DNA of 63,343 nucleotides, counting the filler, from Octopus bimaculoides (lineage: Eukaryota): NCBI RefSeq assembly GCF_001194135.2. It is 6 parts of 6 records of this genome, joined end to end, with 100 filler letters (N's around TTAATTAATTAA, not from the genome) between each part and the next. Parts side by side here need not be neighbours in the genome. Positions count along the whole stretch, not along the records: positions 1 to 28,560 come from NC_068981.1; positions 28,661 to 35,699 come from NC_069006.1; positions 35,800 to 48,419 come from NC_068989.1; 3 more parts are not named here. The stretch is one strand, 5' to 3'. Under the pieces are notes generated by a model that saw only the letters and a list, made by a program, of their open reading frames with translations, was not told the DNA's origin and ran no database searches. The position numbers were made by a program, and so were the translations under genes. This document shows, piece after piece, positions 26,431-38,519 of the stretch; positions within the stretch are counted from its first letter, which is position 1; every line of letters starts with the position of its first letter.

Positions 26431-27144
26431 TCCGTGTGTAACACATGCATTAAACATTCAAAGTGTAATAAAATATCAATAATAAGAATAAAACAAAACT
26501 CACTTAAGAACAATAACTGACACAATGTATAAATAAATATACATAACTACAAGGCAATGTAACACAAATCCCAGGGATACGGAAGTGCGTCTGGTGGTGC
26601 GTTAGAAATTCGCATGAAACACCCAAAGGCATGACAGTAACAATATCAACAACAATAATAATACTAATATTAGTAATACTGATTAATATCATTATGACAA
26701 TAACAATGATGATGACGCCAATGATGAACGTGATGATAGAGAGTGTGACAACGATGACGACGTCGATGATAATAATAACTTCTGATAATAAAAATTATTA
26801 ATTTTATTTGACGCAGGGGTATCAGATGAGGGAGACATTACGAGAAGAGTTCACCAGTTTACTACTTGTGTGTGAGTGTGTGTGTGTGTGGAGGGTGACC
26901 ATAAAATATGGTGGGAAATAAAGGAAAAGGAGGATGAAATGAGTTGAAATTATATATACTATATAAAATATGTGAACTCAACTATGATACAGTCCTCCAT
27001 TTACAGTACATCCATGTAGGGCCAATCATGGAATCCCAACACATCTTGAATCACCCTGACCACCAAGGGCGCAATCCAACCACTTGTGAATTTCAATCTA
27101 CAAGCTCAAGCTTAATGTAGGTTCATTCACCATAACCATTTTTG

Positions 27145-27204
27145 CTACGGTCATCCAACCTACGGTCATCCAACCTACGGTCATCCAACCTACGGTCATC
27201 CAAC
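27145..27204. repeat. Perfect tandem repeat, 4 x 15 bp (ctacggtcatccaac)
   Basis: Direct reading of the sequence. Confidence 0.98.
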
Positions 27205-27633
27205 TCACCTTGAGATGTCGCTGCCCTCTACATACTCACTTTGCTCTCCCACAGGAATGTAAATAGTCGACGAGCGCTTGTCCGCATCGGAACGTGTCTT
27301 TCCTCAGTTATTTCAGTCTTGTCCACCACGCCACCTCTTTCACTAAAACCACTAGTCAATGGACACCACCTATTATGCCTCGTTAAAGATAGCCGCTGGG
27401 ACGATACTCATGATAGATTCAGCCGATAGTCGGTTTCGTTCTTTACGCGACAAGAGCTGTTCAACATAATTACATAACTAAACAATGCTCGGATACTACT
27501 CATTGCGCATTTCAAACTAGGGAAAAAAAACCACCATATGCACATTAAGTAACTAAATTAATTAGTTACATGTACATCCAACAATTCATGCATACAGTAC
27601 TCATATTCACATATTAATACTTATAAACTAAAG

Positions 27634-28290
27634 GAGGTGCGTTGACAGAATCTTTAGCATACCGAGAAAAATGTTAAACGGTATTTCGTCCGTATTTACG
27701 TTCAGAATTCAAACTCCACCGAGGTCGACTTTGCTTTCATTTCGGGATAGATAAAATGAGCACCAATACAGGGCTGGGATCGATATAATCGATTTATTCC
27801 ATCCCCTTAAATTGCTGGACTTGTTCCAAAAGTTGAAATCAATTTTATAAACTACGAAAAGTCGGTGAATCTTTAGTACACCGGAGAAAATACTTTGCAG
27901 TATTTAGTCCGTCCTGATGTTCCGTTTTGAGTTCAAATTCCACTGAGTTCGATTTTACCTTTCATTCTTTCGGGGTCATTAAAATAAGTATCAGCTTAAT
28001 GCTGGCGTCAACATAATAGAGGTACTCCTCCTCCGAAGTTGCTGGTCTTGTGCTAAAATTTGAAACCAATATTCATTAAGTATGGAAGACGATGATCTGA
28101 CAGAATCGTTAGCACGCCAGTCAAAATGTTTAGTGGTCGTTCGTCTTTACGTTTTGAGGGCGATATTGCCTTACATCTTTTCGGTGGAATTTGAATGCAG
28201 AACGTTAAAACGGACGAAATGCCACCACATTTGCGTCATTAGCACATTTGAGTTATTAGCACGACGCTCTAACTAACTGAGCTCATCGGT
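27634..28290 (+). mobile_element. Three tandem SINE family A copies plus an inverted head fragment
   Basis: Heads start at ~27634, ~27855 and ~28085. The third switches to reverse-strand head sequence (gaatttgaatgcagaacgttaaaacggacgaaat) near 28185. Confidence 0.8.
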
Positions 28291-28309
28291 TATTAATAAT
28301 AATAATAAT

Positions 28310-28560
28310 AATAATAACAAACAGTTCAAATCCAACCCCAAAAAACTCTACCAAGAACTGGGTAAAAATAAAATAGACATTACTTCAGCACCAACAGCAG
28401 AAGAACTAGAGAAATTCTGGAAACAAATATGGTCGGTGAAGCAACAACCCCAAAAAAGGACCATTAAAACAACGAACTTAGCACCTGAGCAACTCTGGGC
28501 CCCTATAACAACTGAAGAGGTCACCCAGACACTGCAAAGACTAAGCAACTGGAAAGCACC
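28310..28560 (+). mobile_element. R4/Dong-like LINE fragment (pre-RT / RT domain 0), open frame up to the gap
   Basis: FKSNPKKLYQELGK..PTAEELEKFWKQIW..ITTEEVTQTLQRLSNWKAP; preceded by (AAT)n. Confidence 0.8.
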
Positions 28561-28604
28561 NNNNNNNNNNNNNNNNNNNNNNNNNNNNNNNNNNNNNNNN
28601 NNNN

Positions 28605-28616
28605 TTAATTAATTAA
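28605..28616. other. Artificial scaffold linker TTAATTAATTAA inside an N gap (also at 35744, 48464, 60626, 62066)
   Basis: The same 12-mer sits centred in ~100-bp N gaps five times and puts stops in all six frames. Confidence 0.95.
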
Positions 28617-28768
28617 NNNNNNNNNNNNNNNNNNNNNNNNNNNNNNNNNNNNNNNNNNNNACTCCTGCGCCTGTATACATAGGTACATACATACATACGT
28701 ACATTCATATAGACATATAGACATTCATACATACACACATAGCTAGATACAAACATACATACATATCT

Positions 28769-28945
28769 AGTCTGTGGCCATGCTGGAGCACCACCTTCAA
28801 GAATTTTTAGCCAAATGAATTGACTCCAGTACTTTTTTTTTAAGCCTGGTACTTATTCTATTGGTCTGTTTTGGTGAACTGCTAAGTTACAGGGACAGGG
28901 ACACAAACACACCAACACTGGTTGTCAAGCAGTAATGGGAGATAA
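28769..28945 (-). mobile_element. SINE family B 3' half, CpG-depleted
   Basis: ggtgaactgctaagttacagggac here versus gccgaaccgctaagttacggggac (reverse complement of the 7.6-kb copy). Confidence 0.85.
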
Positions 28946-29130
28946 ACACACACACACACACACACGGTGTTTGGTAAAAAAGTTGTTGGAAAAAGTCATT
29001 GAAATAGTGATGATTACTTGTCTGCTTGGTTCGGGCATAACTACAGATATGTGCCCCACCAACTTATTTTCTTTATAACTTAGTCAAAAACGGATACTTT
29101 TTAATGATATTTTCCAGGTATATTTTAGAA

Positions 29131-29405
29131 CAGGGATTTTCAAATTGTGGTCCGCAGACCACAGGGGGTCCGTGGACAGCAAATACTTTTTATGGGCAAT
29201 TTGATTTTATATATGTTTTTTAATCAAAATCTTTTAATTGACAATACACCTATTTGTTAAATACTGTTAAATAAATAAATATAAAAATATATGTTATTTT
29301 AAGCAAATATTTATGTATAAATTTCATAAGCGTTTATAAGGGGGTCCCTAAAGTAAAGCCTGAAATATAAAGGGGTCTGCAAGTCAAAAAGTTTGAAAAC
29401 CCCTG
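29131..29405. mobile_element. hAT-type MITE with 8-bp TSD
   Basis: TIRs cagggattttcaaa / tttgaaaacccctg. TSD ttttagaa at 29123-29130 and 29406-29413. Confidence 0.9.
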
Positions 29406-30650
29406 TTTTAGAAAATGTGAATTAGGCTTTTTTTTTAATGCCTGCATTCATATGAATAATATGGAACCACATTAAAATACAAATCCTAAATAATAGTTGT
29501 GGTTCTTCCATAATGTAAGTTTTACAAAAGAAAGANNNNNNNNNNNNNNNNNNNNNNNNNNNNNNNNNNNNNNNNNNNNNNNNNNNNNNNNNNNNNNNNN
29601 NNNNNNNNNNNNNNNNNNNNNNNNNNNNNNNNNNNNNNNNNNNNNNNNNNNNNNNNNNNNNNNNNNNNNNNNNNNNNNNNNNNNNNNNNNNNNNNNNNNN
29701 NNNNNNNNNNNNNNNNNNNNNNNNNNNNNNNNNNNNNNNNNNNNNNNNNNNNNNNNNNNNNNNNNNNNNNNNNNNNNNNNNNNNNNNNNNNNNNNNNNNN
29801 NNNNNNNNNNNNNNNNNNNNNNNNNNNNNNNNNNNNNNNNNNNNNNNNNNNNNNNNNNNNNNNNNNNNNNNNNNNNNNNNNNNNNNNNNNNNNNNNNNNN
29901 NNNNNNNNNNNNNNNNNNNNNNNNNNNNNNNNNNNNNNNNNNNNNNNNNNNNNNNNNNNNNNNNNNNNNNNNNNNNNNNNNNNNNNNNNNNNNNNNNNNN
30001 NNNNNNNNNNNNNNNNNNNNNNNNNNNNNNNNNNNNNNNNAAATCTTTTAATTGACAATACACCTATTTGTTAAATACTGTTAAATAAATAAATATAAAA
30101 ATATATATAAAGGAGGCCACTAGGTGGACTGCTAATGTGCTAGAAGAAGATCACATGTAGACACATGACATGTGATCTTCTTCTAGCACATTAGCAGTCC
30201 ACCTAATGGCCTCCTTTATATATATTTTTATATCTTCTTATATATACATATCTATCTATTAACAGATTGACTCAAAGACCAAGAATTTCGTGTGTCAGTG
30301 CTTACCAAATGAGTTACAGATCAAGGGATTGCCAATTTATATATCAGTGATATAGTAGTATTTCCCTGGCTAGTTCTGCAACAAATCATAAGAACAACTA
30401 CAATGTCACATGGATAATTCATATTTTTCAAATAGTTTGCCTTTTATGCTTAGTTTGCCCTTTATGCTTTGTTCAATAGGCAAATGCATATTTTTCCTAT
30501 TTGCATCACCAAACCTCTCTCTCTCTCCACGGACACAAACACACTCACACACACACTCACATACATGAGTGAGTGGGACAAACGAAAGAAAGGCACTCAA
30601 CTAATTTATTGGGAATTACATTTATGAATCAAAACAGTTTGATTCAAATT

Positions 30651-30790
30651 CAGTCCCCGTAACTTACTGGTTTGGCAAAAGAGGTCAATAGAATAAGTAC
30701 TAGGCTTACAAAGAATAAGTCCTGGCGTTGATTTGCTCGAATAACAGTGGTGCTCCAGCATGGCTGCAGTCAAATGACTGAATCAGGTAA
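30651..30790 (+). mobile_element. SINE family B 3' fragment
   Basis: Contains ccccgtaactta...gaataagtactaggcttacaaagaataagtcc. Confidence 0.85.
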
Positions 30791-31067
30791 AAGAACCGAA
30801 GAATACCAGATACATAGCTGCTCAAATATGTGTGTATGTTTACACGTTAGACAATTAAGCCGAAAAGTACTCAAAACTATAAAACAGTGGAATATGATTT
30901 TTTTTTTCCAGATTTATTCAGAGCCGAAATCTTGCAATTCATTACTCAACATTATTGCACACCTCACTCATCAAGCAAACTTCCTCTTTGATATCTAAAC
31001 ATGATTCATCAAATATCTCAATCAATCAGATAAACGTATATATATGATATACGTATATATATCTACA

Positions 31068-31230
31068 CTCTCTGAGTGGTTGGCGTTAGGAAGGGCATCC
31101 AGCTGTAGAAACTCTGCCAAATTTGATTGGAGCCTGGTGTAGCCATCCGGTTGCACCAGTCTTCAGTCAAATCGTCCAACCCATGCTAGCATGGAAAGCG
31201 GACGTTAAACGATGATGATGATGATGATAT
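31068..31230 (+). mobile_element. RTE LINE 3' end with (GAT)n tail
   Basis: gttaggaagggcatccagctgtagaaac...ggacgttaaacgatgatgat matches the tail at 43555-43695. Confidence 0.88.
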
Positions 31231-31394
31231 GACACATCTGTATCAGCTTTAAAAAATAACTAATTGCTACAGGTTATGTTTGATTCATCTCACATTTCAA
31301 ATAATCCCGACTCATTCTTTCCTCAGCCAATCAGAAGTTAGCTACAATGTCTAATATAATACCTTTAATAATGCATATAGGAAGTATGCTTGCA

Positions 31395-31970
31395 GTATCG
31401 TTAAACCCCTGTCTTGTTCAGGACATTGACCTGGAAACTGTTCAGAGACGTGCAACCGACTGAATACACTCCATCAGGCCTCTTCCATACTCTGAACACC
31501 CTGCTTCCCTGGCGCATAGATACATTGAAGCTCTGACTTAGTAAACACTCACAAAATTATTAACAATCATGCCAACAACCACATTGAGCACCTTTTTGAG
31601 CTCCATGTGTCTAACACACGTAGGCATGCCTACAAAGTCAGAAAACAGTACAGCTCCCATGACTTTCGGAAACATTTTATCACGCTCAGAGTTGCTGAAG
31701 CATGGAACAAACTACCTGCATCAGTTGTTAGTTGCCGAGACACTGCATCCTTTAAAACCTTCATGCTTCTTGAAATTCACCAATACCACATCTGATATCC
31801 TCACCCTCCATATGCATGCATACATGTATATCATGACTCATACACTGTTCATTTTCCTGACGTTTGTACATAATTCTATATACTGCACATGCACCTTTGA
31901 TGAGTTGTAGTGCACCTGAGTACTATACACAATAATTCTATTATCATTATTATTATTATTATTATTATTA
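31395..31970 (+). mobile_element. CR1/L2-type LINE 3' fragment with (ATT)n tail
   Basis: NTRRHAYKVRKQYSSHDFRKHFITLRVAEAWNKLPASVVSCRDTASFK matches the CR1 C-terminal motif TRGH..K..R..FF..RV...WN.LP..VV....FK. Confidence 0.85.
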
Positions 31971-32059
31971 TGGGGCCAAGAATTGCTTTCAAATCTATTA
32001 TACAGAAAGAAAGATTAAGTCAGAATGAAACTATATTGAGGAAACCTAAACATCTAGTA

Positions 32060-32240
32060 AAAACTGTGCCGAAACTGACCTCGCCTGTGCTTGTGCCATG
32101 TAAAAAGCACTAAGTCCACTCTGCTGAGTGGTTGGTGTTAGGAAGGGCATCCAGTTGTAAAAACCATGCCAAAACAGACACAGTAGCCTGGGGTAATGTT
32201 CTGTCTGGCCAGCTTCTGTCAAACTGCCCAACAATGCCAA
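32060..32240 (+). mobile_element. RTE 3' UTR fragment
   Basis: Contains gagtggttggtgttaggaagggcatccagttgtaaaaaccatgccaaaacaga. Confidence 0.75.
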
Positions 32241-32309
32241 CCACTGAACTGGATGTTACCCTATAGTAACAAAGATCGAGTCTTCTCCATCTAAAACAAT
32301 CTTTTATCG

Positions 32310-32735
32310 TTTAGCTTTTTCTTGTTTCAGTTATTATACAATGGCCATTCTGGGGCACCACTTTGAACAATTTTTGTCAAACAAATCAACATCAGTACTT
32401 ATTATTTTTTTTAAAGCCTGTTACTTATTCTATCAGTCTCTTTAGCTGATCTACTATGTTACAAGGATGTAAACACACCAACACTAGTTGTCAAGTGGTG
32501 GGGGGGAGACAAACACACACACACACACACACAACATATATGGAAGACAGATGTTAAATGATGATGATGATGATATATATGACGGGCTTCTTTCAGTTTC
32601 CATCTACCAAGTCCACTCACACGGTTTTGGCTGGCCTGAGGCTACAGTAGAAAACGTTTGCCCAAGGTTCCACACAGTGGTACTGAACCCGGAACCATGT
32701 GGTTAAGACGCAACTTCTTATCCCAGAACCATACC
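32310..32735 (-). mobile_element. SINE family B, full length, CpG-depleted
   Basis: Tail, CA tract and head are in reverse order relative to 7257-7775. Confidence 0.85.
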
Positions 32736-33152
32736 TGGGAGATACATACATGTATATAGGTATAGTTTAAATAAAATCTCTCATTATGTGCATTTAAAAG
32801 CTCCATGCCTTTATTTGGCTACCACATGTTACTACTCTACAGCAAAGTATTTTCCAGAGCTGGATACACATGTGGAACTCCTCTAGTCATAGGATTAATA
32901 TAAGGATAATATAACACGAGGATGGAAGATACCAAGCTTTAGTAGTAGATCGCAACATTTGTTTCTGCACCACACACCAGCTTTAAGTTGTTGAGTTTAT
33001 GTTCATATTCCATTATAGAAGATCATTCTTTATAATTTCTATAAAATCGAAAAATATTCAATCATATAGTAATTATAAAGAACAATCACCTTGATTACTC
33101 CATCTTTGTGTTATATTATTCTTACACACACACACACACACACACATGTTTA

Positions 33153-33205
<53 letters not shown>

Positions 33206-33411
33206 NNNNNNNNNNNNNNNNNNNNNNNNNNNNNNNNNNNNNNNNNNNNNNNNNNNNNNNNNNNNNNNNNNNNNNNNNNNNNNNNNNNNNNNNNNNNNNN
33301 NNNNNNNNNNNNNNNNNNNNNNNNNNNNNNNNNNNNNNNNNNNNNNNNNNNNNNNNNNNNNNNNNNNNNNNNNNNNNNNNNNNNNNNNNNNNNNNNNNNN
33401 NNNNNNNNNNN

Positions 33412-33640
33412 TATTTCTGGTTCCTATGGCGTATGTGTTCCCCCCAGCTGGACAGGACGCCAGTCCATCGCAGCATTACTCAAGAACCAGGACGGAAGAA
33501 AGAGTACAACAGGGGTCGCCACCACCCCCTGCTGGAGCCTCGTGGAGCTTTAGGTGTTTTCGCTCAATAAATAAAGTATCTTGCTCAAGAACACAACACA
33601 CTGCCTGGTCCAGGAATTGAACTCACTACTTGAGTCCAAC
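33412..33640. mobile_element. SINE-like fragment (ctggacaggacgccagtccatcgcag core)
   Basis: Resembles the reverse-strand central domain common to metazoan core-type SINEs; ggaattgaactc is a reverse B-box. Confidence 0.5.
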
Positions 33641-34229
33641 GTTCCATGCTTTCTCTGTGTGTGTGTGTGACTGCAACACTGACAGCAATATGTGACTGTC
33701 TGTAAAATGATCTATATTTTCCTTTGTGACCTGTGCAAGTGTAGCTGTTCAATGGAGTGGGAAAAATATGCGAGATTTGTCGCATATTTTAGTTGTCAAG
33801 GTTGTTGTGAACATTTGTCTTTTATGAATCCTCCTTCCTGCATCTCCCTTCTATAGACTGACTCAGTATTGTCACTGTGCTAACCTTCCATTTTGCTGTC
33901 ATCAACGAATGTCATTGATATTAGTGCAGCAAATGTAGAAAGATATGCGGTCATAAGTGTCACAAAAACCTTTCATTACCGTAATGACAAACAACTTTTG
34001 AACCGAATGCCCTAACCAGTTAGCTACACACATTTATATTACTTAGAGCAAAATGCATTTATGTATGTATAATATGCATGTGTCTGTGTGTGCATACACA
34101 TTCTTATTATTCCTTGTATCTTTTATGTGTGTATATATACACACACATATATACATAATGTGTGTATACATACATGGCATCTCTATAAATATAAACACAC
34201 ATGTATATACATATACACACACATACAAA

Positions 34230-35330
34230 CACACACAAATCATATCATTTCCTGGTGTCCATGCATTATACATGAGGCACATTCCCAATTTTTTTCAACC
34301 ACTAGAGTAACTTTATATTGCTCAGAACAAAAAAAAAAAACACAGGTTAACTAAGTCTCAAAACAAACATGGGACATTTAGGACTAACTTATAAAAAAGG
34401 TTTAATAGGCGTAGGAGTGGCTGTGTGGTAAGTAGGTTGCTTACCAATCACATGATTCCGGGTTCAGTCCCACTACATGGCACCTTGGGCAAGTGTCTTC
34501 TACTATAGCCTCGGACTGACCAAAGCCTTGTGAGTGGATTTGGTAGACAGAAACTGAAAGAAGCCTGNNNNNNNNNNTCGGACTGACCAAAGCCTTGTGA
34601 GTGGATTTGGTAGACAGAAACTGAAAGAAGCCTGTCGTATATATGTATATATATATATATATATGTATATGTGTGTCTGTGTTTGTCCCCCCACATCGCT
34701 TGACAACCGACGCTGGTGTGTTTAGGTTCCCGTAACTTAGCGGTTCGGCAAAAGAGAACGATAGAATAAGTACTAGGTTTACAAAGAATAAGTCCCGGGG
34801 TCGACTTGCCTGACAAAAGGCGGTGCTCCAGCATGGCCGCAGTCAAATGACTGAAACAAGTAAAAGAGTAAAAGAGAGTAAAAGAGGTCCAAGGTTAAAT
34901 AACTGTTAAATAAAATTAGCTGTTCCTTCGGAAATAGCTTAACCCTTGGCCTGTTCTGTGTATCACATGTTATGCACAGGACATATCTCCTTGGCATGCA
35001 TGCATCATATATGATACATATTCCCCTTTTTCTGTCAACCACCAGTGTAACTTGAGTTTTATGAAATAAACCTTTATATTTCTGTGAACATATGTGAAAC
35101 ACAGGACTAACAAAAAGTCTGAACACTAGCATGGACATTTAGAAGAAACTTATGAAAATGCTTTGGATAAGTATGTTTAATAAGTTTGGCTGTTCCTTCA
35201 GAAATGGCTTAATCTTTCTTTACTGCCTGTTTTGTGTATCACATGTGATATGCAGGGCATATTTTACTAACACCCATGTATCATATGTAATACACATTCC
35301 CGATTTTTTTTTCAACCCATTTATCCCCTG
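34230..35330. repeat. Old ~270-bp tandem array (about 2.5-3 units) interrupted by a SINE
   Basis: gctgttccttc(g/a)gaaat(a/g)gcttaa and tgtgtatcacatgt occur at ~34920 and ~35188. attccc..tttt..caacc occurs at ~34282, ~35021 and ~35296. Confidence 0.75.
34408..34885 (+). mobile_element. SINE family B, full length, relatively young
   Basis: Runs from head ggcgtaggagtggctgtgtgg to the gtaaaagag tail. Confidence 0.93.
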
Positions 35331-35578
35331 TACAGCAGCACATCTGTTTCTACCCTCATTCTTGATCACTCCCCCCTCTCNNNNNNNNNNTCCCCTCTCT
35401 CTCCCCCTCCCCTCTCTCTTCTTCTCTTGCTCTTCCTTCCAGCTAGGTAACTTTGTATCTCCTTTAGAGCAGCATACCTATTTCTGCCCTATTTCTTGTT
35501 AACTCTCTCTCCCTTTGTCCCTCTCTTTCTCTCTCCCCTCTTCTCTTTCTCTCTCTCTCCTCTTTCTCTTTCTCTCCC

Positions 35579-35610
<32 letters not shown>

Positions 35611-35799
35611 GGCTGGGTAACCATGTACCTCCTCTATAGCAAGATATCTCTTTCTGCCTCTCTGTCACACTCTAGCTTTTCATCATCTGACACAAGACCN
35701 NNNNNNNNNNNNNNNNNNNNNNNNNNNNNNNNNNNNNNNNNNNTTAATTAATTAANNNNNNNNNNNNNNNNNNNNNNNNNNNNNNNNNNNNNNNNNNNN

Positions 35800-36320
35800 A
35801 AAAGGTGTTTTTTACGTGCCACCTGCACGGGAGCCAGTCCAGCAGCACTGGCAACGACCTCGCTTGAATGATTTTCTAACGTGCCACCAGCACAAGTGCT
35901 GGAAGGCGACGCTCGTAATGATTAAGCTCAAATGGTGCTACTTACGGGCCACTAGCACGGAAGCCAGACAGCTGCTCTAGCAATGAAACACGCTCGACAG
36001 TGTTGTTGTGCTCCACTGGCGTGGTGCCAGTGATCGAGTATGGTTCAATTACGATTTCACTTGCCCCAACAGGTCTTCGCAAGCAGAGTTTAGTGTCCAA
36101 TGAAGGAGAGGTTGGTATGGGTGCCAGTCGTCGGATTTGGTTCGATTTCAATTTCAAATTTAAATTCAAAATTCAAAATTCACTTGCCTCAACAGGTCTT
36201 CGTAAGCAGAGTTTTTAGTGTCCAATGAAGTAAAGATACGGATTAGTGAGCTGGCTACACTTCTGGCAGAGATCACAGATTATGCTCTCACTTGCCTTGC
36301 CGGGTCTTCTCACGTACTGC
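35800..36320 (-). mobile_element. RTE 3' region fragment
   Basis: Contains the ttttacgtgccacc repeats and gtcttcgcaagcag motif shared with 39380-39715 and 47540-47720. Confidence 0.75.
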
Positions 36321-37172
36321 ATATTTNNNNNNNNNNNNNNNNNNNNNNNNNNNNNNNNNNNNNNNNNNNNNNNNNNNNNNNNNNNNNNNNNNNNNNNNNN
36401 NNNNNNNNNNNNNNNNNNNNNNNNNNNNNNNNNNNNNNNNNNNNNNNNNNNNNNNNNNNNNNNNNNNNNNNNNNNNNNNNNNNNNNNNNNNNNNNNNNNN
36501 NNNNNNNNNNNNNNNNNNNNNNNNNNNNNNNNNNNNNNNNNNNNNNNNNNNNNNNNNNNNNNNNNNNNNNNNNNNNNNNNNNNNNNNNNNNNNNNNNNNN
36601 NNNNNNNNNNNNNNNNNNNNNNNNNNNNNNNNNNNNNNNNNNNNNNNNNNNNNNNNNNNNNNNNNNNNNNNNNNNNNNNNNNNNNNNNNNNNNNNNNNNN
36701 NNNNNNNNNNNNNNNNNNNNNNNNNNNNNNNNNNNNNNNNNNNNNNNNNNNNNNNNNNNNNNNNNNNNNNNNNNNNNNNNNNNNNNNNNNNNNNNNNNNN
36801 NNNNNNNNNNNNNNNNNNNNNNNNNNNNNNNNNNNNNNNNNNNNNNNNNNNNNNNNNNNNNNNNNNNNNNNNNNNNNNNNNNNNNNNNNNNNNNNNNNNN
36901 NNNNNNNNNNNNNNNNNNNNNNNNNNNNNNNNNNNNNNNNNNNNNNNNNNNNNNNNNNNNNNNNNNNNNNNNNNNNNNNNNNNNNNNNNNNNNNNNNNNN
37001 NNNNNNNNNNNNNNNNNNNNNNNNNNNNNNNNNNNNNNNNNNNNNNNNNNNNNNNNNNNNNNNNNNNNNNNNNNNNNNNNNNNNNNNNNNNNNNNNNNNN
37101 NNNNNNNNNNNNNNNNNNNNNNNNNNNNNNNNNNNNNNNNNNNNNNNNNNNNNNNNNNNNNNNNNNNNNNNN

Positions 37173-37214
<42 letters not shown>

Positions 37215-37392
37215 GACACACCCACACACATACATATGGATATATATAAGTAATTATTTAAGCATTGGGTATGTGCCTAGTAGTTAGCTGGTGAAGTACA
37301 TTCACTGCCTATGGCTACCTGACATCATCCATGGTATTTACACAAGCATAGCTGGATCTACCTCAGGAATTCCTCAGTGTTTGTTGAGTATT

Positions 37393-37887
37393 TAACAAAT
37401 GATAGAGACAGAAAATGGAATATATGAGAAACTTTATTGCTCACAATAATCGTTTCAACCCATGCTGCATTGATCCCTCACAGGTGAGATAATGTACAAC
37501 TGGTCGTGGTGTATCCCTTGGTGCAGAATTGTCTCATCAGGTGATTTTACATGGGGTATCCCATTAAATAAACCCTGTTTCACTTGGTTTTAATGCAGCA
37601 TTTTATTAGCGACTTTAGAGACAGAATCTGTCCCTCGCAATTCCTGCCTAAAGGCTTAAATCTGCGGTCACTAAAAACATGCTGTATTAAAACTGAGCAA
37701 AACAGGGTATATTTAACGAGATACCTCTTGTAAAATCACCTGATAAGAGAATTCTGCATTGAGTGATGCACCACAACAAGTTGTACAGTATCCCATCCAG
37801 AAGGGATCAATGTAGGATGGGTTGAAATGATCGTTGTGAGCAACAAAGTTTCTTGTATATTCCATTTTCTGTCTCTATCACTTGTTA
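37393..37887. mobile_element. 495-bp imperfect palindrome of two inverted Penelope-like pLTR/hammerhead units
   Basis: The ~220-bp arms align at roughly 80% by eye. Each carries tcac-CTGAT(G/A)A...GAAA-(c/t)gat..t-tgtga followed by AATAAA or AACAAA. Confidence 0.75.
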
Positions 37888-38059
37888 TATATACGGGCAC
37901 ACATGCATGTTTCTATATGTATATGTGTAGCTCCAGGATACATCTCACAAATTCTTTAAGGTGCATCATCAGTGATATTTGTGGGGTTTTAGGGAGTTTT
38001 GAGTCTTGCATCATTAGACCCCTCATCCAGTCAACCCAGCTGGTATTGATAAAATTCCA

Positions 38060-38500
38060 ACTTGCATCTCAGCAGTAGCAAACTAGGGGTTCCAAGTCCA
38101 CTCAGCACTTTGCAGAATGAACACTCCACAAAACCCTGCCACTCTATTTCACTTGTCTAGTAGCATATCTGCCAACCTTGAGTTCTACACTGCTCTACTA
38201 GCTCCTGGTATTTGACAAGCTTTCTCTCATGAGCTTCCTTTGTTCTAATCAGGGCACAGTCAGCTCCCACAATATTACCTGTTTGGTGAAATTTGAGCAG
38301 ATAACTCTGGTTGGGCAGAGTGTTGTTGGTATGTGCTCTGGGAACTTTGTTTGGCATGATCCACATTCAGCTGTGGAAAATAGGCACATTTCAGTGATGT
38401 TCCAGTGAACAGGGCTTCTTTCTGGATTTGAGATAAAATGTAGTGACCATGTAGCGCATAAAATGATGGTGTAGTGTATGCAGGTTGAAGGCTATTGTAT
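38060..38500 (-). mobile_element. RLE-type (Hero/NeSL-like) non-LTR retrotransposon C-terminal relic
   Basis: VILWELTVP* / TKEAHERKLVKYQELVEQCRTQGW..EIEWQGF matches ELTVPWE..AHERK..KY..L...C...GW...EVG.RGF. Confidence 0.8.
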
Positions 38501-38519
38501 GTTTGAGTTCTGCCAAATG

